Under the pieces are notes generated by a model, which was given only the letters and a program-made list of their open reading frames with translations, was not told the origin of the DNA and made no database searches. A DNA stretch of 64,000 nt from Fidelibacterota bacterium. Its GTDB lineage: Bacteria > Fidelibacterota > Marinisomatia > SCGC-AAA003-L08 > D37C17. Numbering within the stretch: position 1 is the stretch's first letter; each line of letters starts with the position of its first letter. A program made the translations under genes and the position numbers. The stretch spans positions 33,086-97,085 of the forward strand of contig PBFG01000019.1 in assembly GCA_002718585.1 (NCBI GenBank), written 5' to 3'. Of this stretch, positions 19,249-27,682 are shown piece after piece.

Positions 19249-21720
19249 ATGAAAAAAATAATTTTAAATCTTATTTTAATAATGAATCTTTCCCTTTTTG
19301 GTTTAAATGATTACTCAAATATTTGGGGAGGACTTTCAGTTAGTTTATCAGATGACCTTGATGCCATGTATTTAAATCCAGCGGGATTTGGTGTAGATAG
19401 AGGCAAGCAATCAGGCTTTAATATTCAACAAGGAAACTTTAATAGCAACCATACTAACTATCATATTTTTTCATCAATATATAGATGGGAATCAGGCTTT
19501 GGATTTGAAAGTAGATATGATGAGATTAATAAATATCATTGGTCCTTAGGATATGGTACAAAAATTTTAGATAAATTATATTCTGGTTTTACAATTAATA
19601 AATCCGATGATTATTCATTCGGAATGCTATATAGATATTCAAATAATTTATCTACAGGATTTACACTATTTTCCAATAATAAAAACACTTTTAGAAAAAT
19701 TAGATATGGACTTGCTATTAGACCATACTCACCAAAATTCACTTTAGGATTTGATAAACTCATCAATTATAATGATGATTGGAAAAAAGACAATTCTACT
19801 GATTATTATTTTATAAACTTTGATATTGCAAAAGGCTTTAATATTGGAATAAATAAATATGAAGGAAAAAATTATTCTCTAAGTTTATCTATAAATCTCG
19901 GAAATAAAGGAGTGGTTATAAATAATTATTCACCAAATCAATCTACAAGTTCTATAACGGCTAATGGTATAGGTTTTTTCAATTACTCACAAAAACAAAA
20001 ATCAGATATTAATTTAATAAATCTTAAAATTAATAATTATGTAGAATTAGATCTTCAAGGCATTTTTATAGAAGAGAAACCTGTTAAAAAATCTGCTTTA
20101 AATTTTGAGATTAATCTTCTTCCATTTAGAAATAATAATTTAAAAGCTATTCAATTAAGGGATTTCATAGAAAAAATTGATGAAATCATTAAAAAAGATA
20201 ATATTAATGGTTTGATAATTAATTTGGGTAGAGTTCAAGCAGGATTTGGAAAGAGAAAGGAAATTTTTAAATCATTAATGAGATTAAAAGAATCTGGCAA
20301 AGAAATTATTGTATTTTGTGAAAAAAATGATATAAGTAATATGGATTACTATATTATTTCAATGGCTGACTACATTTATACTACACCGAATACATCAGTT
20401 GACTTAAAAGGTATAAATATGGAAATGACTTTTCTAAGAGGACTTTTAGATACAGTTTCCATTGTTCCAGAAGTAGTCAGAATAAGTCCTTACAAAACTG
20501 CTGGTGACCCCTTAATTAATGAAAAAATGTCAAAAGAAATGGAAGAGAACTATGGCCAACTCATGAATGACTTTTACTCTATTCTAACAAATGACTTGTC
20601 TAAATCCAAAAATTGGTCAAAAGAAAAAACAATAAAAATTATCGAAAACGGTCCGTATTATTCCAACAAAGAAGCTATAAATGCTGGTCTCATAAACAAG
20701 TCATTATATCCAGATCAGTTTGATGAGTTAATAAATTTAAAAAAAATAAATAAAATAAAATGGTCTGAAATTCAACCTAATAACTACTACATTGAAGAAT
20801 GGACTCCAGAAGATACGCCCAAAATTGCAATTATTTATGCTGTTGGAGGAATAGTATCAGGTGATAGTAATCCCAGTCCTTTAGGTTCTTCTATAATGGG
20901 TGATAAGACAATTAGAAGAGCAATTATTGAAGCCAGAGAAGATAAAAATATTAAAGCTATAATTTTACGTATAGATAGTGGCGGTGGTTCTGTACTTGCA
21001 TCTGATATGATTTGGAGAGAAATTAATAGAACAATTAATGATACATCAGGAAATAAGAAACCGATCATAGTTTCAATGTCAGATGTCGCAGCTTCTGGGG
21101 GGTATTATATTGGATGTGAAGCAGATAAAATTTTAGCTGAATCTTCCTCTATTACAGGTTCAATCGGAGTAATATGGGTTAGATTAAACTTTTCTGATTT
21201 ATTAAAAAGAATAGGTATAAAATTTGATGGCTTGAAAAGTAATAAAAATGCAGACTTTTTGAGTGGTTCTCATTTGATGACTGAACAAGAAAAAAATAAA
21301 ATTTTTAATGTAATAAATGAATCCTATAGTGATTTTAAAGAAAAAGTCATAAATGGTAGAGAAAACCTTAATGATATTGATCAATTAGATGAAATTGCAC
21401 TAGGTAGAATTTGGTCTGGGGATTCAGCTAAACAACATGGACTAATTGACGAAGTTGGAGGTATAGTAGAAGCATTAGAATCAGCAAAAGAACTTGCAAA
21501 TATTAGTTTAACTTCCGATATAAATATCGAAGAGTTTCCAAAATCAGAACCATTTAGTTTTCTAAAACTTTTTAATGATGAAAAATCTGTCTCCATTTTA
21601 AAATTTGATGATTTTTTACCAATTGATTTAGCAACAAAACTTAGTACTCTTAATTTATTACCTGTTCTAATAGATAATGAGCTACAATTACTTATGCCAT
21701 ATCAAATTATAATTAATTAA
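19249..21720 (+). CDS. sppA: Signal peptide peptidase SppA (two S49 domains) with an extra N-terminal domain of about 250 aa
   Basis: S49 motifs RIDSGGGSVLASD and SDVAASGGYYI, with a duplicated ClpP-like fold. The N-terminal part is rich in alternating aromatic/Gly and Asn, looking beta-rich, and contains YLNPAG. Confidence 0.8.
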   Translation: MKKIILNLILIMNLSLFGLNDYSNIWGGLSVSLSDDLDAMYLNPAGFGVDRGKQSGFNIQQGNFNSNHTNYHIFSSIYRWESGFGFESRYDEINKYHWSLGYGTKILDKLYSGFTINKSDDYSFGMLYRYSNNLSTGFTLFSNNKNTFRKIRYGLAIRPYSPKFTLGFDKLINYNDDWKKDNSTDYYFINFDIAKGFNIGINKYEGKNYSLSLSINLGNKGVVINNYSPNQSTSSITANGIGFFNYSQKQKSDINLINLKINNYVELDLQGIFIEEKPVKKSALNFEINLLPFRNNNLKAIQLRDFIEKIDEIIKKDNINGLIINLGRVQAGFGKRKEIFKSLMRLKESGKEIIVFCEKNDISNMDYYIISMADYIYTTPNTSVDLKGINMEMTFLRGLLDTVSIVPEVVRISPYKTAGDPLINEKMSKEMEENYGQLMNDFYSILTNDLSKSKNWSKEKTIKIIENGPYYSNKEAINAGLINKSLYPDQFDELINLKKINKIKWSEIQPNNYYIEEWTPEDTPKIAIIYAVGGIVSGDSNPSPLGSSIMGDKTIRRAIIEAREDKNIKAIILRIDSGGGSVLASDMIWREINRTINDTSGNKKPIIVSMSDVAASGGYYIGCEADKILAESSSITGSIGVIWVRLNFSDLLKRIGIKFDGLKSNKNADFLSGSHLMTEQEKNKIFNVINESYSDFKEKVINGRENLNDIDQLDEIALGRIWSGDSAKQHGLIDEVGGIVEALESAKELANISLTSDINIEEFPKSEPFSFLKLFNDEKSVSILKFDDFLPIDLATKLSTLNLLPVLIDNELQLLMPYQIIIN

Positions 21721-21761
21721 ATTTGTTTGACTTTTAATAGTAACATATATAAATTTTTAAC

Positions 21762-22421
21762 ATGAATAAACTTATTTCTCTATTTATAGTACTTACTTCA
21801 TTGGTCTTTTCACAAGATAGAAGTATTATTTTTAGTACTGGTACACCTGATTCAACATCTGGGTTTTTAATTGATAATACTAATTCTTATGCAAATAGAT
21901 TCTCCGTTAATGTAGATTTTGTTTTAGAGGCTATGAATTTTTTCATGACATCAGAAAACCAGGAAAATTCAAATATTCATATATCAATTAGGGAAGATTT
22001 AAACGGAATACCTGGTGAACTTGTATCTGAATTTTCTGAATGGAACTATACTATTGATTTTGATCATCCATTTAACTACAATCTTATTCAAACCACAAAT
22101 TTGTGCGTTTATCTAGATAGCGGAAATTACTATTGGTTTGTTATAGAGGCAGCTGACAATTTAACTGAAGTTTCATGGATATATTCAAATTCTCCTTTAT
22201 ATCAAATAGCATCAAGCCAAGATTCAGGTATTTCATGGCAAACTGATGTTTCTTATGCTGGTGCTGGTTCAATTTTTGGAGAACAAATATATGTTCAAGA
22301 ATCATCAGAGGGTGATTTGAATTCAGATTTTACAACAAATGTTGTAGATATTGTTTCACTTGTAAGCTACGTACTTGGAGAATCTTCATTTGATCAAGAA
22401 CAGTTAATAATAGCAGATTAA
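21762..22421 (+). CDS. Secreted protein of unknown function ending in a dockerin-type repeat; it terminates at a TAA inside the second dockerin repeat
   Basis: Signal peptide MNKLISLFIVLTSLVFSQ and dockerin repeat GDLNSDFTTNVVDIVSLVSYVLG. The frame continues past the TAA into 22422..23051. Confidence 0.55.
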   Translation: MNKLISLFIVLTSLVFSQDRSIIFSTGTPDSTSGFLIDNTNSYANRFSVNVDFVLEAMNFFMTSENQENSNIHISIREDLNGIPGELVSEFSEWNYTIDFDHPFNYNLIQTTNLCVYLDSGNYYWFVIEAADNLTEVSWIYSNSPLYQIASSQDSGISWQTDVSYAGAGSIFGEQIYVQESSEGDLNSDFTTNVVDIVSLVSYVLGESSFDQEQLIIAD

Positions 22422-22460
22422 AATAGAGACGGTCTTATTAATGTAGTTGATATTGTTGCA

Positions 22461-23051
22461 ATGGTTAGCATTGTTTTGAGTCCACCACTCCAAGTATCTG
22501 ACTTTAACCTGGAAGACATTAATCCTGCATCAAATTACTATAGTCAAGAAATTGGACCTTCATTTTTTTCAGGACAAGTATCAGCTTACTATTTTGGGAA
22601 ACAAGGCTGAACTACATGTAAAGCCCGGTTCGGGATTCTTAATGATTTATATAATGAGTTACTTGCAGAAGGTATAGATGATGTTAAGATAATGGGTATC
22701 AATGGCTTTCAGTACATTGAAGATAGTGTTGATTGTATGATATGTAATGATGAGTGTACCTCTAATACATGTTCATCGGGACCTAGAGTATTATCGTGGT
22801 CTCAAGATTATGATGATGGATTAAATTGTTTAGATGAAAATCAAGGTATATGCGAAGCATTAGATGGCGATGGTGACGTTTGGGAATTAATGGATGCTAC
22901 CTTAAGAGATTTTGTTATAGTTGATAGAAATGGAAATGAATTTGCAAGAGTTAACTTGACTTATAACAACCCTGATCCGACTGAAATTGGAGAATGTACT
23001 GGTAACTATCAAAAAATTAAAGATTTAATTCTTTCAGCCCGCAACAGATAA
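22461..23051 (+). CDS. Thioredoxin-fold protein with in-frame TGA (candidate Sec) in a UxxC motif; true start uncertain (first ATG after the TAA is used here)
   Basis: Same frame as 21762..22421. It reads ..VSAYYFGKQG-TGA-TTCKARFG.. and joins the tracked ORF 22692..23051. It is paralogous to 27683..28342 and 28458..29111. Confidence 0.5.
22621..22640 (+). promoter_or_regulatory. SECIS-like hairpin downstream of TGA 22608
   Basis: AAG-CCCG-GUU-CGGG-(AUU bulge)-CUU. The loop G lies 20 nt after the U of UGA. It is built from GC-rich codons (gcc cgg ttc ggg) in an AT-rich gene. Confidence 0.5.
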
Positions 23052-23131
23052 TTATTGTCTTTTACCTTTATAAAACTTTAGATTAACCAGTCCGAATTAA
23101 CCTATTTAAGTATTAAAGGAGTATAATAAAT

Positions 23132-23776
23132 ATGATAGTAACTAAACCAGCACCTGAATTTAAGACACAGGCTGTTATGCCTGACAATTCAATACAAGAA
23201 GTAAAATTATCTGATTATAAAGGCAAAAAAGTTGTTCTTTTCTTTTATCCTTTAGATTTTACTTTTGTTTGCCCGACAGAATTATTAGCATTTGATAAAA
23301 GACTTTCTGAATTTGAATCTAGAGGCGTTCAAGTTTTAGGTTGTTCTGTTGATTCCAGATGGAGTCATCTTGCCTGGAAAAATACTGATGTAAACAAAGG
23401 TGGTATTGGTAATGTTCAGTATCCAATATTACAAGATTTAGATAAATCAATCGCTAGAAGTTTTGATGTTTTAGTTGGATCAACTCCTGCTACAGTGTAC
23501 ACTCAGGATACAGAAGTGGATACCACTGTTGGGGGTGGTGTTGCACTTAGAGCATCATTTTTAATTGATGAAGAAGGAATAGTTAGGCACGCAGTGATAA
23601 ATGACCTTCCACTTGGAAGAAATATTGATGAAATGGTTAGAATGGTAGATGCTTTAACTCATCATCAAAAACATGGTGAAGTTTGTCCAGCTGGTTGGAA
23701 AGATGGTGATAACGCCATGGAAGAGTCCCCAGATGGAGTTTCAAGTTACCTATCTGATAACGCAGATAATTTATAA
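23132..23776 (+). CDS. Typical 2-Cys peroxiredoxin (AhpC/Prx1 family)
   Basis: Peroxidatic motif FFYPLDFTFVCPTE and resolving motif GEVCPAGW. Strong RBS aaggag. Confidence 0.9.
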   Translation: MIVTKPAPEFKTQAVMPDNSIQEVKLSDYKGKKVVLFFYPLDFTFVCPTELLAFDKRLSEFESRGVQVLGCSVDSRWSHLAWKNTDVNKGGIGNVQYPILQDLDKSIARSFDVLVGSTPATVYTQDTEVDTTVGGGVALRASFLIDEEGIVRHAVINDLPLGRNIDEMVRMVDALTHHQKHGEVCPAGWKDGDNAMEESPDGVSSYLSDNADNL

Positions 23777-23785
23777 GGAGATTTA

Positions 23786-24217
23786 ATGAAAAAAGAAATA
23801 GTATATGCACATTGTGATGGACCTTGCGGAATTTACGATCCTGCAAGTGCTAGAATAGCAGCCGAAGCTGTGCTATCAATGACAAAAAAAATGTTAGAAC
23901 TAAAAGTTCCAGAAGATTCTGAAGCCATGGCTCATTATACAAATACAATGAGTCGATATGCTAGTATTAAAGAAGAAGAAGCTCAAAAATGTAAGGACGA
24001 AGTACTTATTCTTTGGACAGATTTTTTTAAACCTGAACATTTAAGTTCTCATCCAGATTTACATACTTTATTTTGGAATACAGCTAAATTATGTAGTTCT
24101 TGTAAGGTGGAGATTTCCATTGATCATGCAAATGAATTATTAGATCATGTTCATAAGATTCATGATTTATTTTGGTCCGTAAAAAATAGAAAAATTGATT
24201 GGTATACTGCTGGATAG
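23786..24217 (+). CDS. sodN: Nickel superoxide dismutase precursor
   Basis: Ni-hook HCDGPCGIYDP immediately after a short propeptide MKKEIVYA. About 140 aa, four-helix type. Confidence 0.92.
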   Translation: MKKEIVYAHCDGPCGIYDPASARIAAEAVLSMTKKMLELKVPEDSEAMAHYTNTMSRYASIKEEEAQKCKDEVLILWTDFFKPEHLSSHPDLHTLFWNTAKLCSSCKVEISIDHANELLDHVHKIHDLFWSVKNRKIDWYTAG

Positions 24218-24225
24218 ATTAAACA

Positions 24226-24543
24226 ATGGTTGAATTTTTACATTTCTTTGTAAAGGGTAATAGTATGCTACCTGCCCTGAAAGATGGTGATTCGATAAAA
24301 ATGATGAAATTTGATAATAATATTAATATTAATGTTAATGATATTGTCGTTTTTGAACACCCTTTCAAAAAAAAATGTAAATTAATCAAAAGAATAAAAA
24401 AAATAACCAAAGATAATAAAATTTTCGTTCAGGGTGATAATACCAATTACGAATCTAGTAATGACAGCCATAACTTTGGTTACATTAAAAAGAAAAGTTT
24501 AATTGCAATAAGAAAGGAAATAAATGAAATTACTTGCTCCTAA
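24226..24543 (+). CDS. sodX: NiSOD maturation endopeptidase (S26 signal-peptidase-like)
   Basis: VKGNSMLPALKDGD serine protease motif and GDN..S.DS tail. Located directly downstream of sodN. Confidence 0.8.
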   Translation: MVEFLHFFVKGNSMLPALKDGDSIKMMKFDNNININVNDIVVFEHPFKKKCKLIKRIKKITKDNKIFVQGDNTNYESSNDSHNFGYIKKKSLIAIRKEINEITCS

Positions 24544-24877
24544 AAAAGCTTTATCATTAAATGCGTTTGTATTAATAGTCATAGGACTACTGAGTTATGT
24601 TGTGAACAATTTCACACCAACCGCCTTAATACCAGTAATATTTGGTATTTTGTTATTAATCTTGTCATATTTGTATGATAAAAATAATAAATTAGTAGCT
24701 CATATTGGTGTTGTACTAATTTTATTAGTATTTATCAGTTTATTCAAGCCTCTTACTAGCCAAATTGATAAAAATGATCTATTTGGAATTGTTAGAGTTT
24801 TCTTGATGCAATTGGTTTCGCTTTATGCAATTGTATGTTTTGTTTCAAGTTTTATTAAAGCTAGAAAAGAAATATAA
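24524..24877 (+). CDS. Small membrane protein (about 4 TM)
   Basis: Hydrophobic 117 aa ORF overlapping the sodX end. No motif recognised. Confidence 0.5.
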   Translation: MKLLAPKKALSLNAFVLIVIGLLSYVVNNFTPTALIPVIFGILLLILSYLYDKNNKLVAHIGVVLILLVFISLFKPLTSQIDKNDLFGIVRVFLMQLVSLYAIVCFVSSFIKARKEI

Positions 24878-24900
24878 AGATTTTTTAAATATAAATTTTC

Positions 24901-24981
24901 GGAGAGGTGGACAACGGCTGTCGAGCGGTCTTGAAAACCGTCGCCCCTATGGGGTTGCAGGTTCGAATCCTGTCCTCTCCG
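24901..24981 (+). tRNA. tRNA-Ser (anticodon UGA)
   Basis: GGAGAGG acceptor paired with CCUCUCC, anticodon loop CUUGAAA, long variable arm (GCCCCUAUGGGGU) and T-loop GGTTCGAATCC. Confidence 0.88.
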
Positions 24982-24993
24982 CAATAATTCAAT

Positions 24994-25079
24994 GGAGAGT
25001 TGGCAGAGCGGTAATGCAGCGGATTGCTAATCCGTCGTGATGTAACAATCACGCGCGAGTTCAAATCTCGCACTCTCCG
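24994..25079 (+). tRNA. tRNA-Ser (anticodon GCU)
   Basis: GGAGAGU acceptor paired with ACUCUCC, anticodon loop UUGCUAA, long variable arm (GUGAUGUAACAAUCAC) and T-loop AGTTCAAATCT. Confidence 0.88.
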
Positions 25080-25095
25080 CTCGGAGCATATAGAA

Positions 25096-25123
25096 ACCCC
25101 TTGTAATAGCGAGGGGTTTTTTG
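25096..25123 (+). terminator. Rho-independent terminator after the tRNA-Ser pair
   Basis: ACCCCT-tgtaatagcg-AGGGGT stem followed by a T-run (ggggttttttgttt). Confidence 0.7.
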
Positions 25124-25253
25124 TTTATAAACTACGATTTAATAGACAATCAAACTAAATTGCGAATATAATTGATGATTAACACACAAAGAAATAGAAA
25201 AACAAATAAAGCGAACCAACTCAACATATATAAGATAACTTTTTTAAGTTTTT

Positions 25254-25463
25254 TCACGATAATAGCCACAAATAAAAAATTATAGGTGATAACATAGAAC
25301 AAGTTAATATAAATATACCTAAATTCATTCTTCGTCTGTAATAGATATATTTTTGAGGATCTGTTGTTTTTTTAATTCGATCTTTCGCAACTGCAATACC
25401 AGATATCAAAACATATAAAATCCATAATACAGCAAGTATTGGTATTATTATTAAAAACTTCAT
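25254..25463 (-). CDS. Small membrane protein, unknown
   Basis: 69 aa with two hydrophobic helices. Overlaps the upstream small ORF by 4 nt. Confidence 0.4.
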   Translation of the reverse strand: MKFLIIIPILAVLWILYVLISGIAVAKDRIKKTTDPQKYIYYRRRMNLGIFILTCSMLSPIIFYLWLLS

Positions 25464-25654
25464 TTTTTATCTTTAAATAGATAGATTGCAAAAAAAGAAA
25501 CTAAAGAAACAGCAATCCAAATAAATCCACCGTTATCTAAATTTTGAAGTGCCTTAACAATGCAATAAACCCCACCAATAAAAGATAGCCTCTGTGCAGT
25601 ATTAAGTTCTTTGTAAAAGTCAAACATATCTAAAATTAAAAAAGATTTAAACAT
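25460..25654 (-). CDS. Small membrane protein, unknown
   Basis: 64 aa with two hydrophobic segments. ATGA-type overlap with the next ORF suggests translational coupling. Confidence 0.4.
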   Translation of the reverse strand: MFKSFLILDMFDFYKELNTAQRLSFIGGVYCIVKALQNLDNGGFIWIAVSLVSFFAIYLFKDKK

Positions 25655-25875
25655 TAATAAATAAATATTATAAATAATTTTATCCTAAATGAATTTTAAT
25701 TTAATAAACATATTTAAATATCAATAATATATATATATTATAATGATTATATAAACCTTTTTATTAGATAATAAATAACCATTTTTTTTATTATTTTCAA
25801 AAACAAAATTGAAAAATTATACTTTTAAAGTAACCTTTGATTAGTAAATAATTATGCATTTTCTTAATTTTATTA

Positions 25876-26208
25876 ATGATTTTTAATGATTCTTTTTACT
25901 TTATAATTTTATTTTTAATTGCGATTACATTCTTTTTTTTAGTAAAATTATTTTTCAACTACATAAAATTAAAATCTATTACTAAAGAACTTGAAAGCCT
26001 TTTAACTAAAGAAGATGAATTTTCAGTTAAATTAATAGATAAGAAGACTGAGTACTTAAACTTTCAAAAAAAAGTTCATAGAGGCAATATTTTTATATTA
26101 TTGTTGTTTGGTATTCCATTTTCTTTAGCTATGATACTTATCTCACCAATATGGTTCTTAATTTCTGGCTTTATTTTTTATATTTTCATTTCCTATAATA
26201 AAAAATAA
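25876..26208 (+). CDS. Small membrane protein, unknown
   Basis: 110 aa with N- and C-terminal hydrophobic helices flanking a charged segment. Confidence 0.4.
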   Translation: MIFNDSFYFIILFLIAITFFFLVKLFFNYIKLKSITKELESLLTKEDEFSVKLIDKKTEYLNFQKKVHRGNIFILLLFGIPFSLAMILISPIWFLISGFIFYIFISYNKK

Positions 26209-26277
26209 TTTTAAAAATAGAAACTATCCCTATCATTAAGAGTACAAATAATATATCTTATTTTGAAAGGATCAATT

Positions 26278-27153
26278 ATGAATTTAATACATCAAATTTC
26301 AATGATTATTTTCATTCCTTCTATATTATTTTCTTCGAATAAATGCTGCAGTTATGAAAAATGTGAAGGATATAAAACTAAAATCTCAAAAGATGTATCA
26401 GAATTTAAATTTGGAAATAATAATTATAGACTAATTGTTGATGTTTTTGACACATACAATGATTTTCATATTTCTCATGATTTATTCATTACTTACAAAG
26501 TATATAAAAACAATCAACTGATAAATGATATCGTTAAAGATGATAATACAATTAAAGGAGACTGTAATAATTTGAATGGTGGTGAATATTCTATTGAGCT
26601 TATAGAAGATGATAAAAAATACATTGGTTGGATTATATATTCACCATATTACTGTGGAGCTTCTTCCAGTGCAGATTGGGGCACAATAATCATACCATCA
26701 AAGAATGAAAATAACTATGTAAAGTCAAAAACTAAAATTTGGAGTAATTCATTTCAATTTTCAAAAACAACAAATGGTTTGAATTTTTATTACACTAAAC
26801 AGAGTTGGAATCAAGGTGGAACGTGGTCAAGTATCTATATACCTCTGAAACTACATTATGATCAAAAAAGTAATGTTATATTTTCTAAAAATATTGAAAT
26901 CGAGGATATAAATTTCTTAAAAAATAAATCTTTTCTAGGTTTATTTATGTCTGGATTTGAATCTTACAATACAGATTTAATGGATTATGCTGTTAAAAAT
27001 TATTTTAGTGAAAAAGAATTAGATTGGTATGAAAGTTATTTTGGAACTAAACATAGGTCACATACATCAATAGTTGATATTAAAAATAAAGAAATAATAC
27101 TGCACGATTGTTCAAAAAATAGTTTTTTAAAAATTATTAATGATTTAAAATAA
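26278..27153 (+). CDS. Hypothetical secreted/lipid-anchored protein
   Basis: The ATG at 26278 is preceded by aaagga. Signal-like N-terminus MNLIHQISMIIFIPSILFSSNKCC. No motif recognised. Confidence 0.5.
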   Translation: MNLIHQISMIIFIPSILFSSNKCCSYEKCEGYKTKISKDVSEFKFGNNNYRLIVDVFDTYNDFHISHDLFITYKVYKNNQLINDIVKDDNTIKGDCNNLNGGEYSIELIEDDKKYIGWIIYSPYYCGASSSADWGTIIIPSKNENNYVKSKTKIWSNSFQFSKTTNGLNFYYTKQSWNQGGTWSSIYIPLKLHYDQKSNVIFSKNIEIEDINFLKNKSFLGLFMSGFESYNTDLMDYAVKNYFSEKELDWYESYFGTKHRSHTSIVDIKNKEIILHDCSKNSFLKIINDLK

Positions 27154-27183
27154 TTTGTATTGACAAACACATAATTTCAAATA

Positions 27184-27399
27184 TTAGTTAATGATTAACT
27201 TTGTTATATCATCAAGAATAATGTAACCAATAAACATTAAAAATACTGATATTATTCCAATCAATCTTAAGGCATTTTTAGAAAACTTATCTCCTACAGA
27301 CTTAATTAATAACTGGCTAACAATTGCAATAAAAAAACCTGCAAAAATTATAAACCAGCTTAATACCTTAAATCCTTTTGCTGAAACTAAAACGTCCAT
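27184..27399 (-). CDS. Small membrane protein, unknown
   Basis: 71 aa with two hydrophobic helices. Confidence 0.4.
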   Translation of the reverse strand: MDVLVSAKGFKVLSWFIIFAGFFIAIVSQLLIKSVGDKFSKNALRLIGIISVFLMFIGYIILDDITKLIIN

Positions 27400-27420
27400 T
27401 TTATATTTTGGTAAAGCTAT

Positions 27421-27600
27421 CTAAAGAAAGCTTTTAGACATCAGGTAAACTATTATTATGAAAACTGCAAGGAGACCGACTGTAACTAAAAACTGTACAT
27501 ATTTTGGAAACTTAACATTTTTTTTCCAAACTTGGTTGATAGATTCTATAAACAAGCCTGTTACGGCAATAAAAGCTATAATTACTATTAACTTAGTCAT
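27421..27600 (-). CDS. Possible small membrane protein (59 aa, below the ORF-track cutoff)
   Basis: Hand translation gives MTKLIVIIAFIAVTGLFIESINQVWKKNVKFPKYVQFLVTVGLLAVFIIIVYLMSKSFL, with two helices. Confidence 0.3.
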   Translation of the reverse strand: MTKLIVIIAFIAVTGLFIESINQVWKKNVKFPKYVQFLVTVGLLAVFIIIVYLMSKSFL

Positions 27601-27682
27601 TCAATAAATTAACAATTTATAAAAGTTATTTACTAGGTTAAATTAATTTTGTTTTTCTCAAATAATCATTTATATTTCATCT

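Noticed and set aside
24901-24981. Possibility that the long-variable-arm tRNA next to the selenoprotein candidates is tRNA-Sec
   Set aside because: The anticodon loop reads CUUGAAA, so the anticodon is UGA, which decodes the UCA Ser codon. It is not UCA. The acceptor stem is the normal 7 bp. It is an ordinary tRNA-Ser, as is the neighbouring GCU species. No tRNA-Sec is visible in this window.
24825-25073. ORFs 24825..25040 (+) and 24885..25073 (-) from the ORF track
   Set aside because: They lie across the two tRNA-Ser genes, and their relatively GC-rich sequence is explained by the tRNAs. They are not protein-coding.
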